A stretch of 64,000 nt of DNA from a virus (taxonomy: Duplodnaviria > Caudoviricetes): positions 1,631 to 65,630 of the IMG/VR virus record IMGVR_UViG_3300020152_000023. One strand, 5' to 3'. The position numbers were made by a program, and so were the translations under genes. Under the pieces are notes generated by a model. The model was not told where the DNA came from. It did not search any database and saw nothing but the letters and a program-made list of their open reading frames with translations. Of the stretch, positions 16,757 to 25,705 are shown piece after piece; within the stretch, counting starts at the first letter, position 1, and the number at the start of each line of letters is the position of its first letter.

Positions 16757-17415
16757 CAGAAGGCCCGTTCAAGGGCCTGCGGAAACAACACTACCGCGTC
16801 CTCTATGTAGACGTGCCGTGGCAGTACGTCACATGGTCTGGCAAGGGGAAGGGTAAGAGCCCGGATAACCACTATGACACGATGACCCTTGATGAGATCA
16901 AGGCCTTGCCGGTGCGCGATCTCTGCCACCCGGAAGGAACGTTGATGCACTTTTGGGTGATCGACAGTCACGCCGAAATCGCGCTCGACGTGATCCGGGC
17001 ATGGGGCTTCAAGTACAAAACCGTCGGCTTCTATTGGGGCAAGATTGCCAAGACGGACACGAGCAAATTCCCCATCGGCACGGGCTTTTGGACGCGCGCC
17101 AACCCGGAGCACGCCTACGAAACCTATCTGGCCGCCGATGAGCAGGAGATGGAGCGAGTCTTTCTCTCGACATGGAGACAGCCCAAGCGCGTCGCAAAGG
17201 ACGTTAGGCGGCTCATTCTGGCCCCCAGACGCGAACACTCGCGCAAACCGGATGAAATCCCATCCGAGATCATGAGGCTCACCCACGGGCCTTATTTGGA
17301 GCTTTTCGGCCGCCAGTCTCGCGACGGGTGGACGGTATGGGGGAAACAGAACACCCTTTTTGATGATCCACTGGAGCGGGCCGCTATCGAGGCCGAGATT
17401 GAGGAACTGGTATGA
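16747..17415 (+). CDS. MT-A70 family adenine methyltransferase
   Basis: DVPW (motif IV variant of DPPW), HYDTM, WGFKYKT..F.W.K, G.GFWTRAN.E, REHSRKP, YLELFGR..R.GW..WG. Confidence 0.9.
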   Translation: MLITEGPFKGLRKQHYRVLYVDVPWQYVTWSGKGKGKSPDNHYDTMTLDEIKALPVRDLCHPEGTLMHFWVIDSHAEIALDVIRAWGFKYKTVGFYWGKIAKTDTSKFPIGTGFWTRANPEHAYETYLAADEQEMERVFLSTWRQPKRVAKDVRRLILAPRREHSRKPDEIPSEIMRLTHGPYLELFGRQSRDGWTVWGKQNTLFDDPLERAAIEAEIEELV

Positions 17416-17640
17416 ACGAGATCAAGATCAAATTTGAAGGCATGCCGGGCGCGTTGAAGGCACCACGCGAATGAAGTGGCTTTGGCGTCTCACTGGCGGC
17501 CGGCCCATGCGCTACAGCGAACATTGGTTCTTTGATCATATCTTCTGGGAGCCCGTCGATCTCTACGAGGATCGGCTAGGCCGCTTCTGGATGGCTCGCA
17601 ACGCATGGGCTCCCTTCTTCCGGATAAGGATCAACGTCAA

Positions 17641-18045
17641 ATGAAGCACGCCGATATCGTCGCACTCATCTGCACGGCCTCAAATGGCGTCCAACCACTA
17701 CGACAAGTCTCGGCGATCCCCGACGGCTATCAAAAGAACCGCTATCAGATATGGCGGCTCTCGGTGAATCGAGCCCATGCTTTCGACCGAGCCGGGCTCA
17801 TCGAATTCCGGCACTACCCCGGCCGGGGCATCTACGGCTCGGGCTCCGTCCGCACCAAGAGCTATGTTTTCGCCACTCCGAAAGGCCGGCTTTACACGCG
17901 GCTCTGCCTCGAAGCGGCGCGCCTGTCCAACCTGTCATGGCCTGCCGAGGACTACGAGGGCTACGAGACATGGCAGGCCGAATGGAAAGAGCGGCGTGAA
18001 GCGTTCGCCCGCGCCCTCAACCGCATGGACCCCGGAGCACCGTAA
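17641..18045 (+). CDS. Hypothetical protein (start uncertain)
   Basis: Start MKHAD after SD AAGGA. Confidence 0.55.
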   Translation: MKHADIVALICTASNGVQPLRQVSAIPDGYQKNRYQIWRLSVNRAHAFDRAGLIEFRHYPGRGIYGSGSVRTKSYVFATPKGRLYTRLCLEAARLSNLSWPAEDYEGYETWQAEWKERREAFARALNRMDPGAP

Positions 18046-18206
18046 TGATCAAGTTCACCGCGTCTGTCATCACAACATTGCTTGTAGTCGTGGCCGTGCA
18101 TGCCGTCTGCATTGCACTCAAATCGACAGTCGGGATAGAACTCAACCCGGATCGCGTCTTGATCTACGGCCTCGTGTCGTTCGCTCTCGCCACCCATGCC
18201 TATTGA
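18045..18206 (+). CDS. Small two-TM membrane protein (below the ORF-track cutoff)
   Basis: TAATG coupling; MIKFTASVITTLLVVVAVHAVCIAL...LIYGLVSFALATHAY. Confidence 0.5.
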   Translation: MIKFTASVITTLLVVVAVHAVCIALKSTVGIELNPDRVLIYGLVSFALATHAY

Positions 18207-18678
18207 CCATGACAAGCTCCGGAAGTTCGTTGGCATGCTCGGCTCGGATCACGAGGGCGAGCAGCTCAACGCCTTGCGTTTTATCAAGAAAATCGCGGCC
18301 GACGAAAAGCTGACGATCACCGAACTCTTGCTCTCCGGTAAAGAGCGAATCATCGAAAAAGTCGTCTACCGGGACGCGCCGCAGCAACCATATCGACGCA
18401 ACTATTCAGGGGGTTACTACCATGAAGAGCCACGACAAAAGCAACATACATCGGGATTTTCGAACGGCGATGGCGGCCTTGATTCCCGAGAAATCCTCGA
18501 CGCCCTCAAGAAAGCCGGAGAAGAAGGCCGCGAAATCCTATCCTTCCCGGAACTCGATTTCGCCCGCACAATCCCCTATGAGTACGGATACGACTACGAG
18601 CTTTCTAGCAAACAGGTTCGATGGGCTCGAAAGATCATAGCCAAGTTCCGGCGCGGTTCGACCGATGCCGTCATATAG
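18196..18678 (+). CDS. Conserved phage hypothetical protein (LGSDH.GE..NA motif)
   Basis: KL.K..GMLGSDHEGEQLNA; LS.KQ..W...I. Confidence 0.65.
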   Translation: MPIDHDKLRKFVGMLGSDHEGEQLNALRFIKKIAADEKLTITELLLSGKERIIEKVVYRDAPQQPYRRNYSGGYYHEEPRQKQHTSGFSNGDGGLDSREILDALKKAGEEGREILSFPELDFARTIPYEYGYDYELSSKQVRWARKIIAKFRRGSTDAVI

Positions 18679-18688
18679 GAGCCGTGTG

Positions 18689-18925
18689 ATGGAATCCCTT
18701 ATCGTTCGCATCTTCGACCGCAAGAATGCCGAGATGATCAACTTACAGGTCAAGCACCTCGCCAAGGCCGATCCGGCCGCGTTCATGAGCGAGATGCTCA
18801 CGGCGCTCGTGGCGCGCAAGGTGCTCACCGTTGACGATGCCGAGACAATCGGCCAGCACGTCTTCAACGCCTGCGAGGACGCCGGCACGGCCGATGCTAT
18901 CGAGCGTTGGCCGCGTCGATCCTGA
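18689..18925 (+). CDS. Hypothetical protein
   Basis: SD AGGAG before MESLIV; last plus-strand gene of the block. Confidence 0.55.
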   Translation: MESLIVRIFDRKNAEMINLQVKHLAKADPAAFMSEMLTALVARKVLTVDDAETIGQHVFNACEDAGTADAIERWPRRS

Positions 18926-19397
18926 AGATGTTCGAATATTTCACGATTTGCTTGTCTGGCCAGCCGGGGCGTTTCATCTTCCAGCTCCCTCGAATCCGAT
19001 AGGAGCCCGGCGGCAACAGCGCGCACCGCCGGCCGATGAACCATTCAAACGACACGGCGTTGCGCGGGATGTAATCGGCTATCTCGTAGTCATTGACGCC
19101 GGCCCCGGTGCATTCGAGCACCGACTTGCCGTCGTCCAACAGCCGCTCAACCTCGATCACCCAAAAGCCCCGGAACGGTTCTTTGATGGTGCGATCATAG
19201 GTGATCGTGGGGTTTTCGTCGGCCCGGTGATCCGGGATGTAGATGTCGTTCACCGTGAACCAGTTGGCCGCCGGCACGTCAGCGCGTTGCCGCATCTGCA
19301 CGTAGTCCGTGAGATACAGCACCGAAATCAAGATGACCAAGGCCGCCGACAGCTCCATGAACCGGAACCGCCACCATGCCCAAGAAAAACGCGCCAC
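18897..19397 (-). CDS. Single-TM membrane protein with periplasmic beta domain (lysis region)
   Basis: N-terminal TM LSAALVILISVLYL; two Cys in the distal domain. Confidence 0.65.
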   Translation of the reverse strand: MARFSWAWWRFRFMELSAALVILISVLYLTDYVQMRQRADVPAANWFTVNDIYIPDHRADENPTITYDRTIKEPFRGFWVIEVERLLDDGKSVLECTGAGVNDYEIADYIPRNAVSFEWFIGRRCALLPPGSYRIRGSWKMKRPGWPDKQIVKYSNIFRIDAANAR

Positions 19398-19398
19398 G

Positions 19399-19719
19399 TT
19401 AACCCCCTGCGGATGTCTTGATGAATTGAACTGCGATGTCTTTTACAGCCCACCACATGACACATAGAGAGCCAAGGAAGAGCAGCACATTACGCGCCCC
19501 GGCGATGATCCCCGTGGTAGCGGTAACGCTCGCGTAGAACTGGATCGCGGCAATGGCGACCTTAGTTTGATCCGGCGTCAAGCCCACGATATGCCCCGTC
19601 TCACCGAGCCGACGCAATGCGTCGAGCGTCTGGCGTTCCTCGGGCGCGAGCTTCGAGGTATCGCCTACACCCCAAAACATGGTGGCCATCCTTCCATGAG
19701 TCGTATCGATCTGGGCCAT
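19399..19719 (-). CDS. Membrane protein with C-terminal TM (holin/antiholin-like candidate)
   Basis: IIAGARNVLLFLGSLCVMWWAV; lysis region. Confidence 0.55.
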   Translation of the reverse strand: MAQIDTTHGRMATMFWGVGDTSKLAPEERQTLDALRRLGETGHIVGLTPDQTKVAIAAIQFYASVTATTGIIAGARNVLLFLGSLCVMWWAVKDIAVQFIKTSAGG

Positions 19720-19779
19720 AATGCGTGCAGTTTAATATGTAAGCACCGATCCAGACACTCCAAAATCTTGCCATTTATC

Positions 19780-19812
19780 AAGCGAAACGCCGACCCTTTT
19801 GGGGGCCGGCGC
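19780..19812 (-). terminator. Probable terminator after the holin-like gene
   Basis: GC-rich hairpin on the minus strand (GCGCCGGCCCC-CAAA-AGGGTCGGCGT) followed by TTCGCTT. Confidence 0.45.
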
Positions 19813-19837
19813 TCATAATCCTGCCACTATCTCGTTT

Positions 19838-20242
19838 TCACGATTGGACGGACGACGGCAATTTCGCCAGTAGGATATCTTCGAGCTGCTTATCAGAAAC
19901 GCCAAGCTTGGCCAGCCCTTCCGGGTTTTTATCCTTGACGTATTCCTTTGCCGTTCGAAGCGTATCCACAAGCTGGTTGTCTCCGAGCCCCCTTATATCG
20001 TTAAAAGAGAGCCCCAATTTTTTCAAGGCATAGAGCCATGCGTTTTGCGATGAGGCGTGGATCGCGTCGCGCAAGGCTTTCTCCAGCGCGGCTCGATCTG
20101 CCTCTTGCTTGACGTTGAGCACGGCTGCGATCTTGACCGAAATCCATGTCACGAGGACGGGGCCGACGGTCATTACGAGAAGCTGGAGGATCGGGGAGAA
20201 CACCCCGTAGATTTCCCGCAGCCATTCCGGTGTTTCGTTCAT
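19838..20242 (-). CDS. Putative holin (single N-terminal TM)
   Basis: Start MNETPEW coupled to the upstream stop; TM ILQLLVMTVGPVLVTWISVKIAAVL; two genes after the endolysin. Confidence 0.55.
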   Translation of the reverse strand: MNETPEWLREIYGVFSPILQLLVMTVGPVLVTWISVKIAAVLNVKQEADRAALEKALRDAIHASSQNAWLYALKKLGLSFNDIRGLGDNQLVDTLRTAKEYVKDKNPEGLAKLGVSDKQLEDILLAKLPSSVQS

Positions 20243-20568
20243 TTGTCTCTCTTTTTCTTCCGAGCCGAACCAAGCGCCGACGAAATCGTTGCATAGGCGC
20301 TGGCGGCCGTGATGAGCGCGTCGGCGGCCGTAGCGCTTTGTGGGTTGGCGCAAATGGCCCGAGTGCTTGTGTAGGCCGCCATCTCGGCGTTTGCTGTCTT
20401 CCGGCTGATCTGGCCGGTGGCGGCAAGCACCGCAAAGGCGGCATGTGAAGTCTCGATCAGAGCGCATGTTCTGGGTAGATTGCTCTGAATCGTGGAGTCC
20501 ACGTTGGCGGTTGCTTGGCATCCGGCCAACGTGGCCACGGCGGCGATGACTGCGATAATCTTGATCAT
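20239..20568 (-). CDS. Lipoprotein, spanin candidate
   Basis: Signal peptide with lipobox LAGC; directly after the endolysin. Confidence 0.7.
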   Translation of the reverse strand: MIKIIAVIAAVATLAGCQATANVDSTIQSNLPRTCALIETSHAAFAVLAATGQISRKTANAEMAAYTSTRAICANPQSATAADALITAASAYATISSALGSARKKKRDK

Positions 20569-20571
20569 GCG

Positions 20572-21285
20572 TTATCCGAGTTCCGCCGTGACAAGATTCC
20601 GGATGTAATCACCAACGGCTACGGCTCCGATGATGCCCGGCTCGAATGGCAAGCGGGTATAATCCCACTTGCCGCGTTGCTGAATCCCCAAAGTCGGTTG
20701 GACTTCGGCATGCGAAAGCGTGGTTCTCCGCCCGACGGGGATTTTGTACCGGGCGCAGAGCTGGGCCGTGATACTCACGAGCTGCAAGAGCTGACTGCGC
20801 TTGAAGGGGTACTTGCCGGGGTTATACGGCGATTCGGTGGCCCCCGCCATGCAGCACACCGACAGGCCGATTGAGCCCGTGTTCGTCCCGAGGGTGTGCG
20901 CAGCATAGGTTCCCTCGCCCATGATCCGCTCATTGGCCTTGATCGAAAACTCGCCCTTGATCACGTCGTCATCGCCTTCGATCACCATGTGATAGTGCTC
21001 TTTGTCGGTTTCCGAAGCGTTGTAGCTCCCGGCTGTCCAATGCCAGATGATACGCGACATCTTGGCGTCGGGCATCCATATCGCCGGTATCTTGAACCCG
21101 CTCGGCCGCTCGATCACTTCGGCCACCGTGTCGCCCGTCAACGGCGAGACGCGCGGCGAGGCCCGGATCGCGGCGATGGCGGCCACCTCCGTCGCCGGCC
21201 CCATGTCGCCATCTGCGCCCCAGCGGCCGAGATCATAGCCCTTGTCGAGCAATTCGAGTTGGATATTGCGCACCCGTGCATCCAT
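20572..21285 (-). CDS. Endolysin: PG-binding domain plus N-acetylmuramoyl-L-alanine amidase (Amidase_2)
   Basis: IQ..L...GYDLG..GADG..GP.T..A (PG_binding_1); IIWHWTA, AAHT.G.N.GSIG, LSHAEV...K.D. Confidence 0.88.
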   Translation of the reverse strand: MDARVRNIQLELLDKGYDLGRWGADGDMGPATEVAAIAAIRASPRVSPLTGDTVAEVIERPSGFKIPAIWMPDAKMSRIIWHWTAGSYNASETDKEHYHMVIEGDDDVIKGEFSIKANERIMGEGTYAAHTLGTNTGSIGLSVCCMAGATESPYNPGKYPFKRSQLLQLVSITAQLCARYKIPVGRRTTLSHAEVQPTLGIQQRGKWDYTRLPFEPGIIGAVAVGDYIRNLVTAELG

Positions 21286-21302
21286 TGGTTTCCGCTCCCT
21301 TG

Positions 21303-21344
21303 TTAACCATACGGGACTTTATACCAACTTTTTGTTTGCACAAA
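21303..21344 (-). promoter_or_regulatory. Candidate lysis promoter with operator variant and TTAACCAT CtrA half-site
   Basis: Minus strand TTTGTG-CAAACAAAAAGTTGG-TATAAAG mirrors the site at 5542; TTAACCAT at 21303-21310. Confidence 0.55.
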
Positions 21345-21378
21345 GTGCTATTGCCGTGTACACGTCAGGCATCAAATC

Positions 21379-21723
21379 GTGCTGGAGACGATCATGTGCA
21401 AGTGCATCGAATGTGGTAGCCAATTCACCAAAACGCGCGACCACGAGCAGTTCTTTTGCTCTAACGGTTGCCGCACTTCCCACGCGAACCGGAGGAAGAC
21501 GCGCGGGGCCGATCTCTACGACCTATTCATGACTATGCGCTATGATCGCGGCGTTGCCAAGGTGCTCGGCGTCTGGGCCATCATGTGCCGCATGGCGCAG
21601 GCTTGGAATGAGGAAGACGTAGCGGCGGGCCGGCGTTCGTTCATGCCGGCCCGCAAGGTTCTGGAGCGCCACGTTCAACACGTAGCCGTCAAGCACGATA
21701 TCAGTAGGCGAGCACGGAGATAG
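21379..21723 (+). CDS. Zn-finger hypothetical protein on the strand opposite the late genes
   Basis: CIEC...FFCSNGC; start may be ATG 21394. Confidence 0.65.
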   Translation: MLETIMCKCIECGSQFTKTRDHEQFFCSNGCRTSHANRRKTRGADLYDLFMTMRYDRGVAKVLGVWAIMCRMAQAWNEEDVAAGRRSFMPARKVLERHVQHVAVKHDISRRARR

Positions 21724-21997
21724 TCTCGCGGCCCTTCACGGCGCGCGCGAAGAAGCGCGTGCCCTCCGGGAGCCCGCCGGCCGAGAACGACGACTCCATG
21801 TCCGTCGAGTTGCGGGCAATGGTCACATGGCCCTCATCGCCGGCCGGATCGGAATCGCCGGCCGCCGCGCCGTGAATGTGGACGACGCCCGTGGAGATCG
21901 CCTGAATCAGGACAAACGTTTGGCCATTCGTGAGCGGCTCCCAATCCGGGCCGATTTCAACGAAAGAAGTCATTCGAGTGACAACGGGCATGATCAA
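21701..21997 (-). CDS. Small putative virion/fibre-associated protein
   Basis: Coupled to the stop of the fibre gene; beta-rich composition. Confidence 0.6.
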   Translation of the reverse strand: MIMPVVTRMTSFVEIGPDWEPLTNGQTFVLIQAISTGVVHIHGAAAGDSDPAGDEGHVTIARNSTDMESSFSAGGLPEGTRFFARAVKGRETISVLAY

Positions 21998-24900
21998 CCT
22001 ACCTTTAGTCCGGAGCCGTATCTTAGGACGGGACCGCCGCCCACGGTTAGCGAAGAGTTGGCCGTGGAAGCACTCGGGGCGATAGCGCCCGGCCGCGCCG
22101 AACTCGCGCCGCTTCCGATGGGTAGATAGCCGACAAGATCAAGAGTGACTTCCACCGCTCCGACAGTGTACGTCGCTTCCATCGTCGCGAGATAGCCCGT
22201 CGCCGAGAGTGTGGCAACGTTGCGCGACTTGGCCTCGATCTCAATCACGGGAAGGAGCCCCATGCCGACGATTGTGGCCTCATTGGTCTGCGGGATGTCG
22301 ATCAAGCCTTCCATGGTGGGAAGCAAGCCGAGCGCCTCGATATCCACTTCATAGACCGCCTCGCCGCCGATCTCGGCCACGGGCAGATAGCCGGTGACAT
22401 CGGCCGTTGCGACATAGGCAAACGGCTCGGCCGCGATCTCGGCGAACGGCAACAGCCCGTTTAGGTCGATCTCCAGTTCCAGATTGAGGCCGACGCCGAT
22501 CAGCGCCACGGGCAGATAGCCTTCCATCTCAGCCGTGATGCGAGTCGGGAACTGGATCATGCCTTGAGTGAATGGCAGATACCCTTCCGCCGCGATCTCG
22601 GCCTCGGGCGAGAGCGCCATGGAGCCTTCCGCCGTCGGCAAGTATCCCTGTACGTCGGCCGTGATTTCGAACTGGAAGACAGGTGCATCGATCTCGGCCG
22701 TGGGCAGGAAGCCCATCGCTTCGATGTCCACGACGTAAACCGCCTCGCCGCCGATCTCGGCCACGGGCAAATAGCCGGTGAGATCGAGCGTGGCCCGAAC
22801 CGGGAACTCCGACATGATCTCGGCGGTGGGCAGATAGCCGTTGAATTCGAGCGTGGCCCGCGTCTGGATGCGGAACTCGCCTTCCATGAACGGCAAGAGG
22901 CCATCCGTCTCAATCGTCGCGACCGTCCGCATGCCACCGGCAATCTCGGCCGTCGGGAGATAGCCGTTCAAATCGCCTTCGAACTCGGACGGCGACGCCA
23001 CCGAGATCGCGGCCGTGGGCAGATAGCCGGCCAGTTCGGCGGTGACCGCCATGGGCATCTCGGCCACGATGTCGGCCGTGGGCAGATATCCTTCCCCCGG
23101 AACGGCCACGGTGGGCGGCGGCGGGTTGGTGCTCTTGTATGGATGGCCGGCCGGCAAGAGGCCGCGCAAGCCCCATTTCGCGGCTGCATAGCCTTCGAGC
23201 TTCTGGCGCTCGACATCCGTAATGCGGCGGCTGAAGATCAGGATGTCTTGCGCCGAACCGTTCCAGTAGACCGTAGCGTCGCGGAAGATATAGGCGTCCT
23301 GCGCCACCACGTTGTCGTAGGTGGCAACCTTGATCCAGTCGGCCTCACCGTTGACGTTGAGCTGCGAGCCGAAATATTCGTAGCCGCCGATCACGATGGC
23401 ATCTTTGTTCGTCCAAATCTCGTTGGACGAACTATTCGTGGCCCCCGAACCGCCGATGATGCCGACCTTTTCGAGGTTGTCTTTGGCGATACCGCGCCGA
23501 GCCGACGGCGCACCCCACTTGAAGAGCATGCGGTATGCGCCGGGGGCGTGATTGGCGTAATAGGCCACGCCCATCACGGTGTGATAATCATCATTGACGG
23601 GCAGGCCGGGGCCTACCGGATTGATCACAAGGTGATCGCCGGCTCCGTCCGCGATAACGGCCGGTTTGCCGCTGCGGCCTGTCATGGAATGCGTAGGCTG
23701 CGAGCCGCCCACCGCTTGCGTGGCGTTCCACGAGCCCCAGCGGGAAGCCCACATGGAAACGAGGCCGCTACCGTCTTTGGTGATCGTGGCCTCGGCCGCC
23801 GCATCAAACCAGCACAAAAGGCCCGGCACGTCGGCCGGCGTAAACAAGTCGATCCGGTTGGAACGGAGTCCGTTCAATGCCCGGAACTGAATCGTCTTGC
23901 CTTCCCACTCGGCCTTCATGGTGAGCGTCAGGCCGGTTTCCCCGACAAGCGGTTGCCCCCCGGCGTACCACTGGCCGAGATTGCCTTGATCGCGGGTATA
24001 GACCGAACCGGCGTAACCAGTACCGGAGGTGACTGAGATCGTGATGGGCTCGGAACCTACCGCGTCTATCAAGGCCTCGGCCGTAGGCAGGAGGCCCGTG
24101 GCTTCCACGTTGGCGTTGACGCCAACGCCTCCGGAGATCGCAGCCGTCGGAAGATAGCCGGCCGCGTCTACCGTGACAGCCGGGCCGGTGGGCGGATTGG
24201 TGCTCTTGTACTCGTGGCCGGCGGGGAGAAGCGCGCGCGTGCCCCACTTCGACGCCATATAGCCTTCGAGGCGCTTCCGGTCATCAAGGGACAACGCCGC
24301 GCTGTAGAAAAGAAGCTCTTGCACCGAGCCCGGCCAGTACCCGGAGTTGTTCGTAAACCGGAAGAGCTGGGCAATCGTCGGGACGGGCGTGTTGAGCGTG
24401 ATTGCCGCCGACGCCCCGGTGTATTGGCCGTCAATACGGGCGTCGAGATTGGTGGGGTTGAAGTTGCCCACCACGATCTTGTCGGCATCGAGCCACGTTG
24501 CACCGGCCGGGAAAGTGTGCGAGCCGGCCGATCCGAGCGAAATGCCCGCCCGGTTGGTGGAGTCTTGTTTTGAAATCTGGCGGGCCGTCGTAACGGTGGA
24601 CGTGCCATAGACGAAAACGCCCGTCCATGCACCCGAATTGGCATTCGGATGATACGCCATGGCCGCCATGCAGCTCGCGTTCGCCCCTTGCGGCAAGGCC
24701 GATGGCGTGTTGAGCGTCATAAAGAGCGACGTACCGTTGCCCGAGACGGCCGGCTTGCTGTTACGGCCGGTTGCCGACCATAGCGGCCGGTTGGCGTCCG
24801 TCGTCTGATTAAGCACCAAAGCCCCGACACTCGAAGCCCACGACGCGACCTTGTTGGAATTGAAGGTCATCAAGTCGTTTCGGGCCGCGTCGAATTGCGC

Positions 24901-25143
24901 GACCAATCCCGGAATCATCGACGGGACAAACACTCGAATGGGGTTGGATTTTTCGTCGGGGGAAGCCGTCCGGAAGGAGATCGCCTTGCCTTCGTTTTTG
25001 GCTTCCATCGTGTAGGTGTTGCCGGTCTGGCCGGCAATAGGGTCTTCGTCCGCATACCATTGGCCAGCGCCGGCCGCTCCGGTTTGCGTATAGATGGAAC
25101 CGAAGTAGCCCGTGCCCGAGGTGATCGAAATTGTGATAGCCAC
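21994..25143 (-). CDS. Fibre/adhesin protein: two duplicated Ig-like plus LamG/ConA-like modules and G[YLF]LPxxxI repeats
   Basis: Internal duplication (ITIS.TSGTGY.GS.YT; W/FDAA; EGY.A.KWG...LLPAGH.YKSTNPP, each twice); 18 GYLPTA-type repeats. Confidence 0.8.
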   Translation of the reverse strand: MAITISITSGTGYFGSIYTQTGAAGAGQWYADEDPIAGQTGNTYTMEAKNEGKAISFRTASPDEKSNPIRVFVPSMIPGLVAQFDAARNDLMTFNSNKVASWASSVGALVLNQTTDANRPLWSATGRNSKPAVSGNGTSLFMTLNTPSALPQGANASCMAAMAYHPNANSGAWTGVFVYGTSTVTTARQISKQDSTNRAGISLGSAGSHTFPAGATWLDADKIVVGNFNPTNLDARIDGQYTGASAAITLNTPVPTIAQLFRFTNNSGYWPGSVQELLFYSAALSLDDRKRLEGYMASKWGTRALLPAGHEYKSTNPPTGPAVTVDAAGYLPTAAISGGVGVNANVEATGLLPTAEALIDAVGSEPITISVTSGTGYAGSVYTRDQGNLGQWYAGGQPLVGETGLTLTMKAEWEGKTIQFRALNGLRSNRIDLFTPADVPGLLCWFDAAAEATITKDGSGLVSMWASRWGSWNATQAVGGSQPTHSMTGRSGKPAVIADGAGDHLVINPVGPGLPVNDDYHTVMGVAYYANHAPGAYRMLFKWGAPSARRGIAKDNLEKVGIIGGSGATNSSSNEIWTNKDAIVIGGYEYFGSQLNVNGEADWIKVATYDNVVAQDAYIFRDATVYWNGSAQDILIFSRRITDVERQKLEGYAAAKWGLRGLLPAGHPYKSTNPPPPTVAVPGEGYLPTADIVAEMPMAVTAELAGYLPTAAISVASPSEFEGDLNGYLPTAEIAGGMRTVATIETDGLLPFMEGEFRIQTRATLEFNGYLPTAEIMSEFPVRATLDLTGYLPVAEIGGEAVYVVDIEAMGFLPTAEIDAPVFQFEITADVQGYLPTAEGSMALSPEAEIAAEGYLPFTQGMIQFPTRITAEMEGYLPVALIGVGLNLELEIDLNGLLPFAEIAAEPFAYVATADVTGYLPVAEIGGEAVYEVDIEALGLLPTMEGLIDIPQTNEATIVGMGLLPVIEIEAKSRNVATLSATGYLATMEATYTVGAVEVTLDLVGYLPIGSGASSARPGAIAPSASTANSSLTVGGGPVLRYGSGLKVG

Positions 25144-25222
25144 GGCCGGCCCCTAGTTCGCTGGAAGGGAGCGGCCCGCCGCAACGCGGAAGCGGATGGC
25201 GGGCCGGCGTCGTATCGCGGCG

Positions 25223-25651
25223 TTACCAACCCTTGGGCTGAGTGTACGTAAAGCTCACGATAGACACTTCCACCGTGGCGACGATGGCCGTGGAGGTGAC
25301 TTTCATGTCGCCCGCGCCACCAGTGTCGGTCACGTCGCCATCGAACCACGGATTCCCGTCGCCGTCGAATGCTCGGAACCACGTCGCCGTGCCGGTCGCA
25401 GCCGCCGCCACCGGATCGATGTCTTCCGCCGTTGCCCGCGCGCCGCCGGTCACCGCCACCGCATCGCCGAAGGCCGGTTCGGGCAGAACGAAATCCACGA
25501 GCTTGACTTGCGTGGAGATGGCCACGCCGGGATTGGCCGGGCGCGTGCCGTCATAGATTTCGACGGAGCCTGCGCCCGCGCCGCTATCGAGCCCATCAAC
25601 GATGGCGTTGGCCGCAGCGATGGCGGCGTTGTCTGCGAATTTCAAAGCCAT
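25223..25651 (-). CDS. Small beta-rich virion structural protein (fibre subunit candidate)
   Basis: IYDGTRPA...L..F.L..PAFG...A.ATGTATWFR....G...DG.V...G.GD pattern seen in phage structural proteins; Ala/Gly/Thr rich; SD AGGAG. Confidence 0.7.
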   Translation of the reverse strand: MALKFADNAAIAAANAIVDGLDSGAGAGSVEIYDGTRPANPGVAISTQVKLVDFVLPEPAFGDAVAVTGGARATAEDIDPVAAAATGTATWFRAFDGDGNPWFDGDVTDTGGAGDMKVTSTAIVATVEVSIVSFTYTQPKGW

Positions 25652-25705
25652 GAGTGTCTCCTACGTTGGGCTCTTCGGTTCGATTCCGCTATATCCGAAA
25701 ATGCT

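Noticed and set aside
21994-25143. Diversity-generating retroelement acting on the duplicated lectin modules
   Set aside because: No reverse transcriptase in the window, and the two modules differ throughout rather than only at adenines.
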